In this document: positions 52,446-64,000 of the stretch, piece by piece
How the letters are laid out: each line of letters starts with the position of its first letter
Position numbering within the stretch: position 1 is the stretch's first letter
Source: Macrostomum lignano
Lineage: Eukaryota
Reading direction: 5' to 3'
Assembly (NCBI GenBank): GCA_002269645.1
Contig: NIVC01003586.1
Span: 1-64,000, forward strand
DNA: 64,000 bases
Position numbers and translations under genes: made by a program
The notes under the pieces: generated by a model
Told to the model about the DNA's origin: nothing
Database searches by the model: none
What the model saw: the letters and a program-made list of their open reading frames with translations, nothing else

Positions 52446-53371
52446 TCTCGCTGAAATGACGAAAACCTCGATTCTCCGTATTGTGTATTTTCGGTAAAAC
52501 CTGCCGACTAGAAAGTTTTCCTAGAAACGTAGTTTCCCATCCTTCTACCTGAGTAGTCCTTGAGCAATGGTAGATCTGGACGGGGTCAATAGGGGTCGGC
52601 TGACCCTATACCTTGGAAGAAGTCTCGCCTAATCTCGCAAATAATATAATTTGCTTGGCTAAATATGCATTTACACAGCCTAAAAAGTAGTAGGAAAAAT
52701 ATCCCTTGTCTATCCGCTCCCTTCTGTCTCACTCCGCTGCCTCCCCGCTAATGGGACAAGAGTTGGGAAGCGCTTCCCTCTGCCGCTTATCTGCACCAGC
52801 CGCAATCAGGCTTCACGGGGAGAAGGCGGAATTGATGAAGAAGAAGCTGAGAGCTGAGCAATGACTCAGTCCATAACAGCAGCCCTGAACTGGCAGCTCT
52901 GGAGAGCAACTGTATTTTCACACATCTTGCGCCCAGCATCAAGTGGGCGAGGCCGAGAGATTGTGCAAAAATTGGCAGGCCGGCTTGTAAGCTGATTTCA
53001 TTGCTTCTGTAGTCTGCGGGCGGTCGTGTGCAGGCAGACCTGGGCCCTCGAGGTAATTCGCTAGATACTTCTGCCGCTTCCTACATCGCTCGTTAGTCCA
53101 GCCTCCCGTGGGGGGGGGGCGCGGCACTGACAGCTGACTAATACACATGTCCGCTAATGTGAGCATAAGACTGAGAATGTGCTGCAGACTCCTCTGTCGC
53201 TGCATCATTTAAAACTGCCGTTCTCTTTACAACATGTTGAATTATACTTTTATTTTATTAATTCGAAATTGAGCACTAAAACGGTTTATTCATAATTTTC
53301 TATCAATTTTTCATAAGACACATTGTTATAAAACTCAGACTGAATCCAGCAAGTCAATCCGCGCCAAGCTC

Positions 53372-54394
53372 CTACAGCTTCTGGCTGGCCAGTGCACCGA
53401 TGGCATTGCAACTGCAGCCGCCGCCGAAACTGCTGCAGCCGCCGCCCCGACACACTGCTGTCTCGTACAGCGAGGCGATCTCGCACGGCCCCTCCTCCGC
53501 CGCCGCAGCCACCTCCCCGCCCAGATGCAGCGGCGCCGTGGCCGCCGTGCGCCGGTTCGCGAAAACCTGTCGAGCTGCCGACGACAGACCGGCGTTGCCG
53601 CCGCCGACGCCGCCGCCGCTGAGAAGATGCCGATGGTTCGTCGAAGTTCCGCTACCGCCGCCCGCCAGGGCCGCCGACGCCGCCGCCGCAGTGCTAGCCG
53701 AGGATTCCGAAGATCTGATCGATCTGGACGACGACGCCCGCTGAGCGGCGATGATGATCAGGAGCACCACGATGACCAGCAGGCAGACTGCCAGGGCTGC
53801 CGTGGCCGCTGGCAGCCAGGCCTCTCGATGCCCGGCCGCCGCAGCCGCCGCAGCCGCCGCTGCTGCTGCCGCCGCTGCCGCCGCAGCCGATGCCGCCGAA
53901 GGCGTCGGAGTCGGGCTAGACGGCGGCGGCCATGTTGAAGTTGGCTGCGGAGGCCGCGGTCGGGAGCAGAGGGCGCCGCCCTGGTACTGCTGGCAGTCGG
54001 CGAACCCGATCAGCGCTGGCGGCTGGATCGTCAGGCACTCGTTCCTGGCCAGCCGCCAGTCCTCCGCCACCTCGCCGCTTCCGACGCCGCCCTCGCCCAG
54101 CTCCCAGCGGCAGCTGCACCGGCGCCTGTCCCTGACGCCGTCGATCCACAGCCGGCGGTCGACGCGCTCCTCGGCCAGCCGAGCGCCGGCCGCTGCGGCG
54201 CCCCCGTCCACGGCCGCCGCTGGAGCGAGCGCCAGGCCCTCTCTGGCGCACAGCTGGGCTGCCTCCGACCAGGGCATCGCGCCGAGAATCACCCGGAGTC
54301 CCGGCAGTGGCTGTTGCGCGTCCGCCTGACATGACGCTATTGTTAGAACTGTTGCCATGGCAACTAGAAGCAAACCGGCAGCAATCTGCGACAT
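53372..54394 (-). CDS. Type I membrane protein with C-type-lectin-like ectodomain (340 aa, single exon)
   Basis: Signal peptide; W.EA..LC..LWIDG..W..ECL..DC..ALC spacing; TM AALAVCLLVIVVLLIII; cytoplasmic LYETAV. Confidence 0.75.
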   Translation of the reverse strand: MSQIAAGLLLVAMATVLTIASCQADAQQPLPGLRVILGAMPWSEAAQLCAREGLALAPAAAVDGGAAAAGARLAEERVDRRLWIDGVRDRRRCSCRWELGEGGVGSGEVAEDWRLARNECLTIQPPALIGFADCQQYQGGALCSRPRPPQPTSTWPPPSSPTPTPSAASAAAAAAAAAAAAAAAAAAGHREAWLPAATAALAVCLLVIVVLLIIIAAQRASSSRSIRSSESSASTAAAASAALAGGGSGTSTNHRHLLSGGGVGGGNAGLSSAARQVFANRRTAATAPLHLGGEVAAAAEEGPCEIASLYETAVCRGGGCSSFGGGCSCNAIGALASQKL

Positions 54395-55049
54395 GTTGTC
54401 CTTTTCTCATTCGAACTCGATGAAGGCTTCTCGACTTCGATCTGGAGGCTGACTGGGGGGGGGGGGTAAATATATCCGCTGCTGGCGCTGCCTGCTGACC
54501 AATTGCTGGGAGCTGGGGAAGGGGCCGCGTAAGTGGATTTGCTCTCCGGGATAACCGGCTTCTGAGGAGAAATAAGAGGCGGAGGCTTGGGGAGAAAAAG
54601 TAGGCCATGGCTTTGGAAGGCGGCGGGGGGTTTGGGGCTGGGGCGCGCGCCCGCGATTCAATTTTTGTCGCGTCGATGGCTCAGAGAGAAGGGAGGCGGC
54701 AGGCAGGCTGGGAGGGAAAGTGCCCGCGCATTGCAGTCTAAAGTCTACAGATGGGTGTCCCCAGAATCCGGGGAGGGGGGCTCTGCAGTGTCCCGCCTAA
54801 TCAAGTGCAACTGGGCAGTGGTCCGTGAGTTTTTCCCTCGATGCCCTGATTGGTGCTGACAGATCTGTAATCTGCTCTGGGCTGGCTGGCTGGGGGGGGG
54901 GCAGCCAAGATTGCTCAGATCTCAGGCGGAGCGGGGCGGAGGTCGGGCAGCTTTAGTACGTTTTCACTCTTCAGTTGGACACGCTCTGTTGCTCTTTGAA
55001 TGCAGTTTGGGCAATGTCATTTGCTCAGCTGGAGGTGGCGATGATGTCC

Positions 55050-55336
55050 CTCCATCTAGCACCCCTGCCCCTCTAGCACCCCTGCCCCTCTAGCACCCCT
55101 GCCCCCTCTAGCACCCCTGCCCCCTCTAGCACCCCTGCCCCTCTAGCACCCCTGCCCCCTCTAGCACCCTGCCCCTCTAGCACCCCTGCCCCCTCTAGCA
55201 CCCCTGCCCCTCTAGCACCCCTGCCCCCTCTAGCACCCTGCCCCTCTAGCACCCCTGCCCCTCTAGCACCCCTGCCCCTCTAGCACCCCTGCCCCCTCTA
55301 TCACCCCTGCCCCTCTAGCACCCCTGCCCCTCTAGC
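55050..55336. repeat. 16-17-bp minisatellite (cccctctagcacccctg)
   Basis: Direct observation. Confidence 0.95.
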
Positions 55337-55719
55337 TAAGTATACAAAGCAGAAAGGCATCGAAGAATCCATGATTCACTTTATAAAGGCACGACAACTC
55401 GTGCCCAGCTGCTTGCGGGAAGAATCTTCAGAGCTGAGGGCAGGAGGGACGGCACTGAGGGTGGCAGGGGGCACAGGCCTCGTGCTCCGCCTTGCATGAC
55501 CTGGCGAGCTTATCGCCGCAAGCCAACAAACTCCTGAGAGAGGAGAAACACGCGAGCACTGGAAGAGTCGTTCACCCAAATCCTCAGGTGATTAGAAATG
55601 ACAGACTTGGCATGCCGGGTTCAGTTTCGAGATATTCGCTGAGTTGGAGAAAGATTTTGGGCCGAATCCCTTCCAAGCGACCGGGTCAGCGGCCAATGAG
55701 CTGTGCCGCAAGAAAGTAA

Positions 55720-56060
55720 AATTGGATGGGTAAGATTGTAGGAGAGTGAGATTGGATAGGTGAGATTGAAGGAGATTGAGATTGAATGGGTGAGATTAAA
55801 GGAGAGTGCGATTGGATGGGTGAGATTCAAGGATATAAGGATTGGATGGGTGAGATTCAAGGATATAAGGATTGGATGGGTGAGATTCAAGGATATAAGG
55901 ATTGGATGGGTGAGATTCAAGGATATAAGGATTGGATGGGTGAGATTCAAGGATATAAGGATTGGATGGGTGAGATTCAAGGATATAAGGATTGGATGGG
56001 TGAGATTCAAGGATATAAGGATTGGATGGGTGAGATTCAAGAATATAAGGATTGAATGGG
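55720..56060. repeat. 30-bp minisatellite (ggattggatgggtgagattcaaggatataa)
   Basis: Direct observation. Confidence 0.95.
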
Positions 56061-56406
56061 TAAATATCTGGAGCTATAAAAAGTTGAAGCATATTAACAA
56101 AGTATTTTTAAATAATGTTCGTAGTTTATTGTCGTTATGACAACCAAAGATCATTGTAAGGAAATTTCTGTATTTTATAATAATTTAAGTTAAGATTAAT
56201 GATTAATGACCAATAGAATTATTTTCAGGGAAGGGGAAATCTCAAGGAGTTAACCCGTGTTTTGGCCATAGACTATGCACTCACGGTGCAGCCCGATTGG
56301 CCATGGACATTCTCACAGAGGCTGAATTAATTAAATAACCGCCATAGACTATTGGCATTCGTGTTTCGGGATAAACCTCAGTTCACCGAGGGTCCAGATT
56401 CTCAGT

Positions 56407-56910
56407 TCACCACGGCCTAGCGTTAGGCGCTGACGGGTACGGAGGCTGCTGACAGCCTGGGGGAGGCGGCGGACAGGCACCGATCGGGTAGCCTCCTTGA
56501 CCTTGGCCCGGCCTGTAGGGTCCCGGCGGCGGCGGCAGCGGCGGCGGCAGCGGCCCACAGTTTGGCGGCGGTGGCGGGCGGTGATGATGTTGGTGCTGGT
56601 GCGGCTCCGGAAAAGGAAAGGGTCCGTGATGATCATGGTGGTGCTGGTGCGGCTCCGGAAAAGGGAAGGGTCCGTGATGATCATGGTGGTGCTGGTGCGG
56701 CTCCGGAAAAGGGAAGGGTCCGTGATGATCATGGTGGTGCTGGTGCGGCTCCGGAAAAGGGAAGGGTCCGTGATGATCATGGTGGTGCTGGTGCGGCTCC
56801 GGAAAAGGGAAGGGTCCGTGATTGTGGTGCTGATGTCCCAGTGGAGGCGGCGGTGGTGGCAGATGCGGATGTCCGTGATGACGGCCGTGGTGGTGATGGT
56901 GGTGATGATC
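56407..56910 (-). CDS. Terminal exon of a His/Pro-rich repeat protein (167 aa), absent from the ORF track because it has no Met
   Basis: ttgccaacag| then [30 protein letters not shown]-(HHGPFPFPEPHQHHHD)-type repeat x5-..PPPPGPYRPGQGQGGYPIGACPPPPPGCQQPPYPSAPNARPW*; synonymous TTC/TTT change between repeats. Confidence 0.75.
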   Translation of the reverse strand, partial: DHHHHHHHGRHHGHPHLPPPPPPLGHQHHNHGPFPFPEPHQHHHDHHGPFPFPEPHQHHHDHHGPFPFPEPHQHHHDHHGPFPFPEPHQHHHDHHGPFPFPEPHQHQHHHRPPPPPNCGPLPPPLPPPPGPYRPGQGQGGYPIGACPPPPPGCQQPPYPSAPNARPW

Positions 56911-57209
56911 CTGTTGGCAATGTTTATATAATTTATTTTTTATATTCTACTCGCATAAGTACTTAGTAGTAGTATAAGTTTTTTCCCTTTTTTCAAGACT
57001 TGCATATAGTCAACCTACGCTGATTGGTAAACTTAGATTTGCTTCAACTAATCCATTAACGATGAAGTAGACCTTTTGACTACTCTACTTTTCAACTGTC
57101 AGTAGTATCGTAAAGTTTCTTGATAATAAACTTTGACAGCATAGAAAAAAACAGCCTTTCATACTCCCTCCTCTCTTGTACAAATAGAACAGAAGACTTT
57201 AAATAGGTT

Positions 57210-57620
57210 AGGTTACTCAGCACATTTGCGTGTTACCTACTTTCAGTTCAGTAGTAAAAGTTAAATAGAAGCATTTTAATGTATTTTAGAACACGATTAT
57301 TTAGGGTCAAGTTTATTGCACTCCCCCAGCACCTGCCGGTCGCGCCTTTCCACACAAAAATCTTTACCCCGCCTCTCCGCCATCCAATTTTATTTGGTGT
57401 TTCAGTCTAAAGCTGTCATGTACATTTTAAGTGGCTCTGGCTAATAAATCTACATTAATACGAGTATGTATGTAAGCATAATGTCTGAACCTTACTAGCA
57501 GCAGTGTTAACGTTGAACAAACTTGGCCTGTAAACTTATCAAGTCATTTCAACAGTTTTTTTATAAAATAGCTTAGTTATGTATTCTTCCTTGCTACTGA
57601 AGTACGAGAAAACTGTTTTG
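57210..57620. mobile_element. Degenerate MITE family C copy
   Basis: Colinear with 57700-58050. Confidence 0.6.
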
Positions 57621-57669
57621 CCAAGCATGCCGCATAAATGTACGAGCGCGTATGCTCATATATGCTTAT

Positions 57670-58105
57670 GTATAGAACCACAGATAGATGGGCCACTCAG
57701 CCACATTTGCGTGTAAGCTACTTTCAGTTCAGTAGCAAGTGAAACTGAAGCATTTTAATGTCTTTTAAAGCCAAGGCTTATTTATTGCCTCTTACCCCCC
57801 CCCGCTTAAACCCTCCAACTAACACTACCCCAATTTTTATTGCTTTTCTCGGAATTCCAGCCTAAAGCTTCCATGTACATTTCAGTGGACTGGCCAATGT
57901 ACATTATTGCTGAACCAATTAGCAAGTCGTTTACGCCTGCAAGCTTGGGCTTCTAAACTTATCAAAGTCATTTCAGCTGCCTTTACGACGTATTTTTATA
58001 AAATAGCTTATGTATTCTTCATTGCTACGGAACTGAAAGTAGAAAGCTGTTTTACTAAGTTGAGTATATATGCCTGAGTGGCCCATCTAATTATTCTAGT
58101 ATCTG
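57670..58105. mobile_element. MITE family C copy with intact TIR core
   Basis: tagatgggccactcag (57685) and ctgagtggcccatcta (58089), perfect 16-bp IR, plus an inner IR ctactttcagttc/gaactgaaagtag. Confidence 0.8.
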
Positions 58106-58934
58106 TGAGTAGAACTAAACAAAAGCGCAATGCCACTCTGGCTCAAGCATGTTCGATGCAACTTACTCCCCAGGACATGTTGCGGCGCAGAGTTGTAAGT
58201 TTAACAGATGAAAAATCAAATAACTGTTTTAGCTGTCTGTCAGGCAGATCGAAACGTATAAATGTGCAGCCACAGTTTTCACGAATTTTATATTAAATTC
58301 ACCAAGCCTTGCCTTGCCTTGCAGCTGAGCCTTGCGCAGCGTTGAGAAAAGCAAACCAGTTCTTTATCTATCTAGCAGATATATTAATAACACGCGCAAT
58401 CCGGCCCAGTGTGACGCAAAATAGTGTACTGTAAATTCTGCAATAATAACATTGCGAAAACTTTCTGCAAACATGCAGGCGTGTCTCTTTGGCCTTGTAA
58501 TGTAAGAGCTTTCTGCTTCTGGCGAATGGCTGCGGTCACGTTATTCTGCTAATGACTGCGAAATTTCTTTTAGACTTCACTATAGGCAGGAAATGGAAGC
58601 ATTTTGGGGAAATCAGTCACTGACTTCTGGGCCTGATCGACAGGCCCGGGCACCGACCGGGTGGGTAATTGATGAAAAAATTTAGCGAAAAAATTGTTCC
58701 GCGTAGTAATTGATTTCCCTTTGACTTGCTTCCTTTTCTCCCTTATTTTTGGCGCTCCTAGGGAAAACTATTCTAGTCTGGAGAGAAATTGCAGATGGGC
58801 TTGAAAATGAGGTATCGATCAGTCTGCTCCGTCCGCAGTTGGAGATTATCGGGATCTTCAGGCTTGATAAATGGGAACAAATGGAGATCTGAATATAGAG
58901 GTAGACACAGAGGGTATAGATATTGTAGAGATTG

Positions 58935-59205
58935 GGTAGACAGAGGTAGACAGAGAAGGTGTAGATGGGGCAGACAAGCAAAGAAGTAGAGATGGGACAG
59001 ACAGAGGTAGGCAAAGAAGTAGAGATGGGACAGACAGAGGTAGGCAAAGAAGTAGAGATGGGGCAGACAGACGTAGGCGAAGAAGTAGAGATGGGGCAGA
59101 CAGACGTAGGCAAAGAAGTAGAGATGGGGCAGACAGACGTAGGCGAAGAAGTAGAGATGGGGCAGACAGACGTAGGCGAACAAGTAGAGATGGGGCAGAC
59201 AGAGA
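58935..59205. repeat. 36-bp minisatellite (aagtagagatggggcagacagacgtaggcgaag-type)
   Basis: Direct observation. Confidence 0.9.
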
Positions 59206-60181
59206 CAGAGAAGGGAAGTAGGGCTAAAGGATGTGTATAGCGACATGAAGGCGGACGCGGGGCTACAAAGAGAGAAAGGTAGATGGAACTAATCTGAACG
59301 GGGAGGTTAGAAGTGCAAGTCAAGAAGTCTTAACTAACAGCGACTTCTGCAGTCTCAACAAAGCCAAAATTAGCTATATTGGCCACAATGGAGCTAACAA
59401 ATCGCACGAAAAACCCCAGGCATTGTAGCGATTTTTTCCCCGGCAGCAGACCGCAGACCTATACATGTAGGTACTTTGCCTATTATTTCTTCTAGAAGAG
59501 AGCGCGCCCATCGTCTTGGAAGGGAGGCAGGGCCAGTTCAGCAACACAGGAAACGCAATTTCCACTTTTGCAACGGGTTCCAGCCTGCCTCTCACCCAAG
59601 TCACAACTGATACCCTCCGTCTTGGCATGGGAGAAGTGGCGCCCGGCTACTACAGCTGACCGGCCCGCTGAAATCAAATCCCAGTTGCGTTTCGCGTTTT
59701 TTTATTCTCCAGCCTCCCGCCTTCATCTCTGCCCGGTTCTCCTCCTATAAGTGACTTCTCCTGCCCGACGGCCCCTGACCGCTCTAATGAGGAAGCGACG
59801 GGAGCGCCTTGCCGAGACAGGCTTAGAGGCACCCGCAATAGCCATGGGAGAGTGAAATGAGGAATTTTCACACTCAGTCCCAATGCTCTTCTTGGCTGCA
59901 TGCGGCAGAGATGAAGATGCGGCTGCTGGGAGGCTGCGTGCTTGGCCTCTATTCTCTCCGGCCAGGCAGCCTCCGAGTGAAAGCGGGACTGCGGCGGAGA
60001 GGGTTTCTGTTTTTTGAAGAGGCTGAGCATGCTGCAGCTTCATCATGTCGCCCTGAATGCCGCAGCAGGACGGGGCGGGGCGCGTGACTTCCTGCCTAGA
60101 ATGAACCGCTCTGAATTTCTGTTTCCAATTTGGCAAAAAATAAGTAAAAACCGAGCTAAATCAAAATTATTAGGAATAGAA

Positions 60182-60720
<539 letters not shown>

Positions 60721-61659
60721 AGGCAGATAGGCAGGCAGGCAGGCAGATGCAGGGTGCAGAGGGCTCGGTAATGGGAAATGAGAAAACCGAGAAGGTCTAA
60801 GTGCATGCCTCACTGGACTTGGTGAGTCGCTTTTCTTCCATTGCCTGCGCAGCCTCAGCGTCTCATCTCACCCGAGTCCCCACAGGCCAAACAAACTCCT
60901 GACGACTCCCATGCAGTCTCCCAGTTCTCCCTCCCCTTCCCTATCGCCTCCCTCCGATAGCGCCCAAGTGAAAACAAGGAAATGGGAAAAACTGGAACTG
61001 AACCTCCCTCCAGAAATGCTTTTCCCGACTCCTCTTTTCTCTTTCACTTTCTGCTCCCCCCTCACTCCCACCCCACCCCCGTGCCCGTGACGGCGACCCT
61101 CGGCATCGATCCCGGACGATATTCGGACCCGGCGAAAATCGGTTCCAAATTAAGCAGCTCGCCGCAGCAGGGGGCCTGGACGGGAACGGGCTTGAAACTG
61201 CAACCCTCAGAGACCCGAGAGAGCCCTGCGGTTCGCTGATCGACCTTCGTTTTCTCTGTCTTGCCTCCTTCTCACCGCACACTTATTTCAACTGTCCATA
61301 TCGGGTTTCCTCATCTGCGCATTTCGTGCCTTAGGGTACCTGTGGGTCGGTCTGAAAATCTTTTTTCTCGAAATGACCCCGACTGTGAGAGCTAGTAGGG
61401 TTAGGGTTGGAAATCTGATAGACATTCCCATTCTCCCAGCATTCCGAGCTCATCCGTCACCTGTCGCTCGCTGTATTGCCGCCCTTAATCTCCGGGATTA
61501 CCCCTAGCTGCTCGACTCGAGTGAGCCTCGCTGTCGGCATGTAGCTGCGGTTCGGTGAAATTTGATTAACAACTCAGCTTGTGAGCTTGTCTGGCGTAAA
61601 ATGAGGGCAACAGAGGTGACTGCATGCTCTTTTAGAAGCAGAGGACTTTGTTATGCAAC

Positions 61660-61918
61660 TAGCGAGAGGCATTACTGCCCATTCCTATCGACTCCCCTGA
61701 GCAGGCACACAAGCGCGCGGATACGTATGCAGTCATACGCACAGGCACACACTCACACAGGAGTGTACAGCGGCTCTAACTTTATTTATCGTTAGGCATG
61801 TACACTTCACTGCGCCTTGGGGGTTGGCCCTCAGGGGCGTTAATTGCACGAGCAGAGCCAAGCCGAGATTCCAATTCAGCCCCAAATCAATGTGACTGCA
61901 CTTGGAATCGAGCCTGGG
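61660..61918 (-). mobile_element. SINE family A copy lacking the extreme 5' head
   Basis: Colinear with 3598-3851. Confidence 0.8.
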
Positions 61919-61989
61919 CGCTTTTATTACACTTCATAATATTGTAATTAATCATAATTGATTACACCTGCCCTAATGGGCAGTTGTGC

Positions 61990-62259
61990 AACCGACAGCT
62001 CAGCCGCAGCAATTGCGCGGCGCATCTGAAGGCTGCGTACGGCTGCTCAGTCCAAGGACTGGGGGGTCGCCACACACCCTCTCAGTTACCCCAGCTAATG
62101 CTGGCACCCATTTTACAGCTGGGTGAACTGAAGCAATTCAGAGTTTAAAGTGTCTTGCTCAAGGACAAATTATTCCGATTGGGTCGAGAATCGAACCTCC
62201 GACCTTCCAGTCGTGAGTAGCGCAATGATGTTGTATCCTAACCACTAGGCTACGACACC
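61990..62259 (-). mobile_element. tRNA-derived CORE-type SINE (family D)
   Basis: Minus head GGTGTCGTAGCCTAGTGG (A box)..GGTTCGATTCT (B box), then a MIR/CORE-like segment; 3' boundary approximate. Confidence 0.8.
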
Positions 62260-62390
62260 ATTGCGCTTCGAATTGACGTAAAGTTAGTACTCCGCTGAAA
62301 TTCAAGCCAGAAATTTATTTATTCAAATACAAGACTACCTGCAAATCCAAGAAACTACGGTATGAGCTGAGTGAAAATTTGCTCAGGCGA

Positions 62391-63317
62391 TCAGAAAAAT
62401 GAAATTATATCAGCGAATTTATCCGGGCCCGTGGCTGCCACTGGATGTCCATGCGCTGGAGCGGCCGCGGCTGCAAGCGACACCGTGCGCAGCTGGCCGC
62501 AGGTGCACCGTCGCTTCTTCGGCACCCACCAGCTCGCCGACTCGCCCAGCAGCTGCTGCTGCTGCCGCGGCTCGCCCGCCTCTTCATCCTCGGAGTCGCT
62601 CGGCTCCGCAGCCGCACCGCAGCCGCCGCAGACGATGGCGCCGTCAGTTTGTCGTCGAATTAGCCAGCGAAGTTGCCGACGCTGCTGGCGCTTCTGCCGC
62701 TGGTGGCGAGAGGTCGATGGGAGCGGCGCCTCCTCGCTGCCTGGGCTGTCGGAGTCGGAGCCGCCCGATGCCGCCGAGTGGAGGCTGAGCAGTGGCGGCG
62801 GCCGCGGCGGCGGCAACAGCAGCGGCTCAGATTCGGCTCCGCTCCCCGCTGCCTCCTCGGCCACGTCGCTGCTCTCGTCGTCGTCATCATCGTCCTGCGG
62901 TCGCCAGTCGTCGTCAGCCAGCTGACGTTCCCGCCGAGGATGAACGCGCCGCCGATTCTGCTGACGCCAAATTCGCCGCAGAAGCAGGCGGCGCATCCGC
63001 CAGCGCAGGGCCGCCAGGGTGGCTGCGCAGGCCACGGCGCCCGCCACAGCGATGGCAGCGGCGGCTGCGGCGGCAGCGGCTGCAGCGGCGGCCGACTGAC
63101 CTCCTCTGACCCTGTAGCGGCCGGGTGTCAGAGTCTCGTTCGCCAGGACGGCGGCGGCAGCGGCGGCGGCGTCGGTGGCAGCCGAATCCGCCAGCTCGGA
63201 CCGGTTGCCGCTGCCGACAAGGCGAGCCGCTGCCGCGGCTTTCTCGCCGCCAGACGGTACCGCCTGCAGCGGCAGCAGCGGCAGCATCAACAGCGAAGCC
63301 AAGACAGCCGCTTGCAT
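62391..63317 (-). CDS. Putative membrane protein of unknown function (308 aa from the ATG)
   Basis: Signal-like MQAAVLASLLMLPLLPLQA, Ala-rich hydrophobic segment followed by RWRMRR, acidic tracts, VCGGC and CTC motifs; GC-rich, so partly low-complexity. Confidence 0.6.
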   Translation of the reverse strand: MQAAVLASLLMLPLLPLQAVPSGGEKAAAAARLVGSGNRSELADSAATDAAAAAAAVLANETLTPGRYRVRGGQSAAAAAAAAAAAAAIAVAGAVACAATLAALRWRMRRLLLRRIWRQQNRRRVHPRRERQLADDDWRPQDDDDDDESSDVAEEAAGSGAESEPLLLPPPRPPPLLSLHSAASGGSDSDSPGSEEAPLPSTSRHQRQKRQQRRQLRWLIRRQTDGAIVCGGCGAAAEPSDSEDEEAGEPRQQQQLLGESASWWVPKKRRCTCGQLRTVSLAAAAAPAHGHPVAATGPDKFADIISFF

Positions 63318-63454
63318 TGGTCTCCGCTCTGCTTTGATCGAACGCTTCACGATCGGAGCTTTTCATTTCCTCTGTAGGTGAGCCTTATGGACCTGATCGC
63401 TCTCAAGCCGCTCCGCTGATTGGCTGGGCTACTCGCAGTATCTGTAGAGATACT

Positions 63455-64000
63455 GTCACCCTACTGTCACCCTACTGTCACCCTACAGTCCCCCTACTGT
63501 CACCCTACTGTCACCCTACTGTCACCCTACTGTCACCCTACTGTCACCCTACTCTCACCCTACAGTCCCCCTACTGTCACCCTACTGTCCCCCTACTGTC
63601 ACCCTACTGTCCCCCTACTCTCACCCTACTGTCCCCCTACTGTCACCCTACTGTCACCCTACTGTCACCCTACTGTCACCCTACTGTCCCCCTACTGTCC
63701 CCCTACTGTCACCCTACTGTCACCCTACTGTCACCCTACTGTCCCCCTACTGTCCCCCTACTGTCCCCCTACTGTCACCCTACTGTCACCCTACTGTCAC
63801 CCTACTGTCACCCTACTGTCACCCTACTGTCACCCTACTGTCACCCTACTGTCACCCTACTGTCACCCTACTGTCACCCTACTGTCACCCTACTGTCACC
63901 CTACTGTCACCCTACTGTCACCCTACTGTCACCCTACCTACTGTCACCCTACTGTCACCCTACTGTCACCCCTACTATCTACTGTCACCTACTGTCACCC
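63455..64000. repeat. 11-bp minisatellite (ctactgtcacc) running off the window end
   Basis: Direct observation. Confidence 0.97.

Noticed and set aside
56497-56966. Plus-strand ORFs and the minus MIITDP frame over the 48-bp repeat
   Set aside because: The His-rich minus frame has a proper acceptor, a synonymous repeat variant and a plausible protein composition; the others are shadows
61396-61408. Telomeric TTAGGG repeat
   Set aside because: Only two units, expected by chance

Overview
Eukaryotic, repeat-rich genomic window with spliceosomal introns, most likely from a flatworm of the Macrostomum type. That assignment is an inference from a flatworm spliced-leader (SL) sequence and the GC-rich, Ala-rich exons set in AT-rich introns. 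Host genes: a broken caspase, GRASP55/65 (5 exons), an RGS12/14/loco-like gene, iodotyrosine deiodinase, TDP2, two tandem paralogues with an unrecognised domain, a C-type-lectin-like membrane protein, a His/Pro-rich repeat exon missed by the ORF track, and an orphan membrane protein. Mobile DNA: a very young 8.8 kb Ty3/gypsy LTR retrotransposon (10296-19088), a full-length APE-RT-RNaseH LINE (36055-41441), a Penelope fragment with a hammerhead ribozyme, a 1.5 kb foldback element, several MITEs, two tRNA-derived SINE families and many mini/microsatellites. The highlight is the gypsy element. Each LTR carries a near-perfect flatworm SL exon just after the poly(A) signal, followed by an ATG and a splice donor. 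That donor would join in frame to an extra third ORF encoding a DnaJ (HPD) J-domain protein located after integrase. The element has inserted into the presumptive last coding exon of the RGS gene. A second unexplained signal is three dispersed ~62 bp 28S-rDNA-like segments whose most diverged part is the R2/I-PpoI/Pokey target site.
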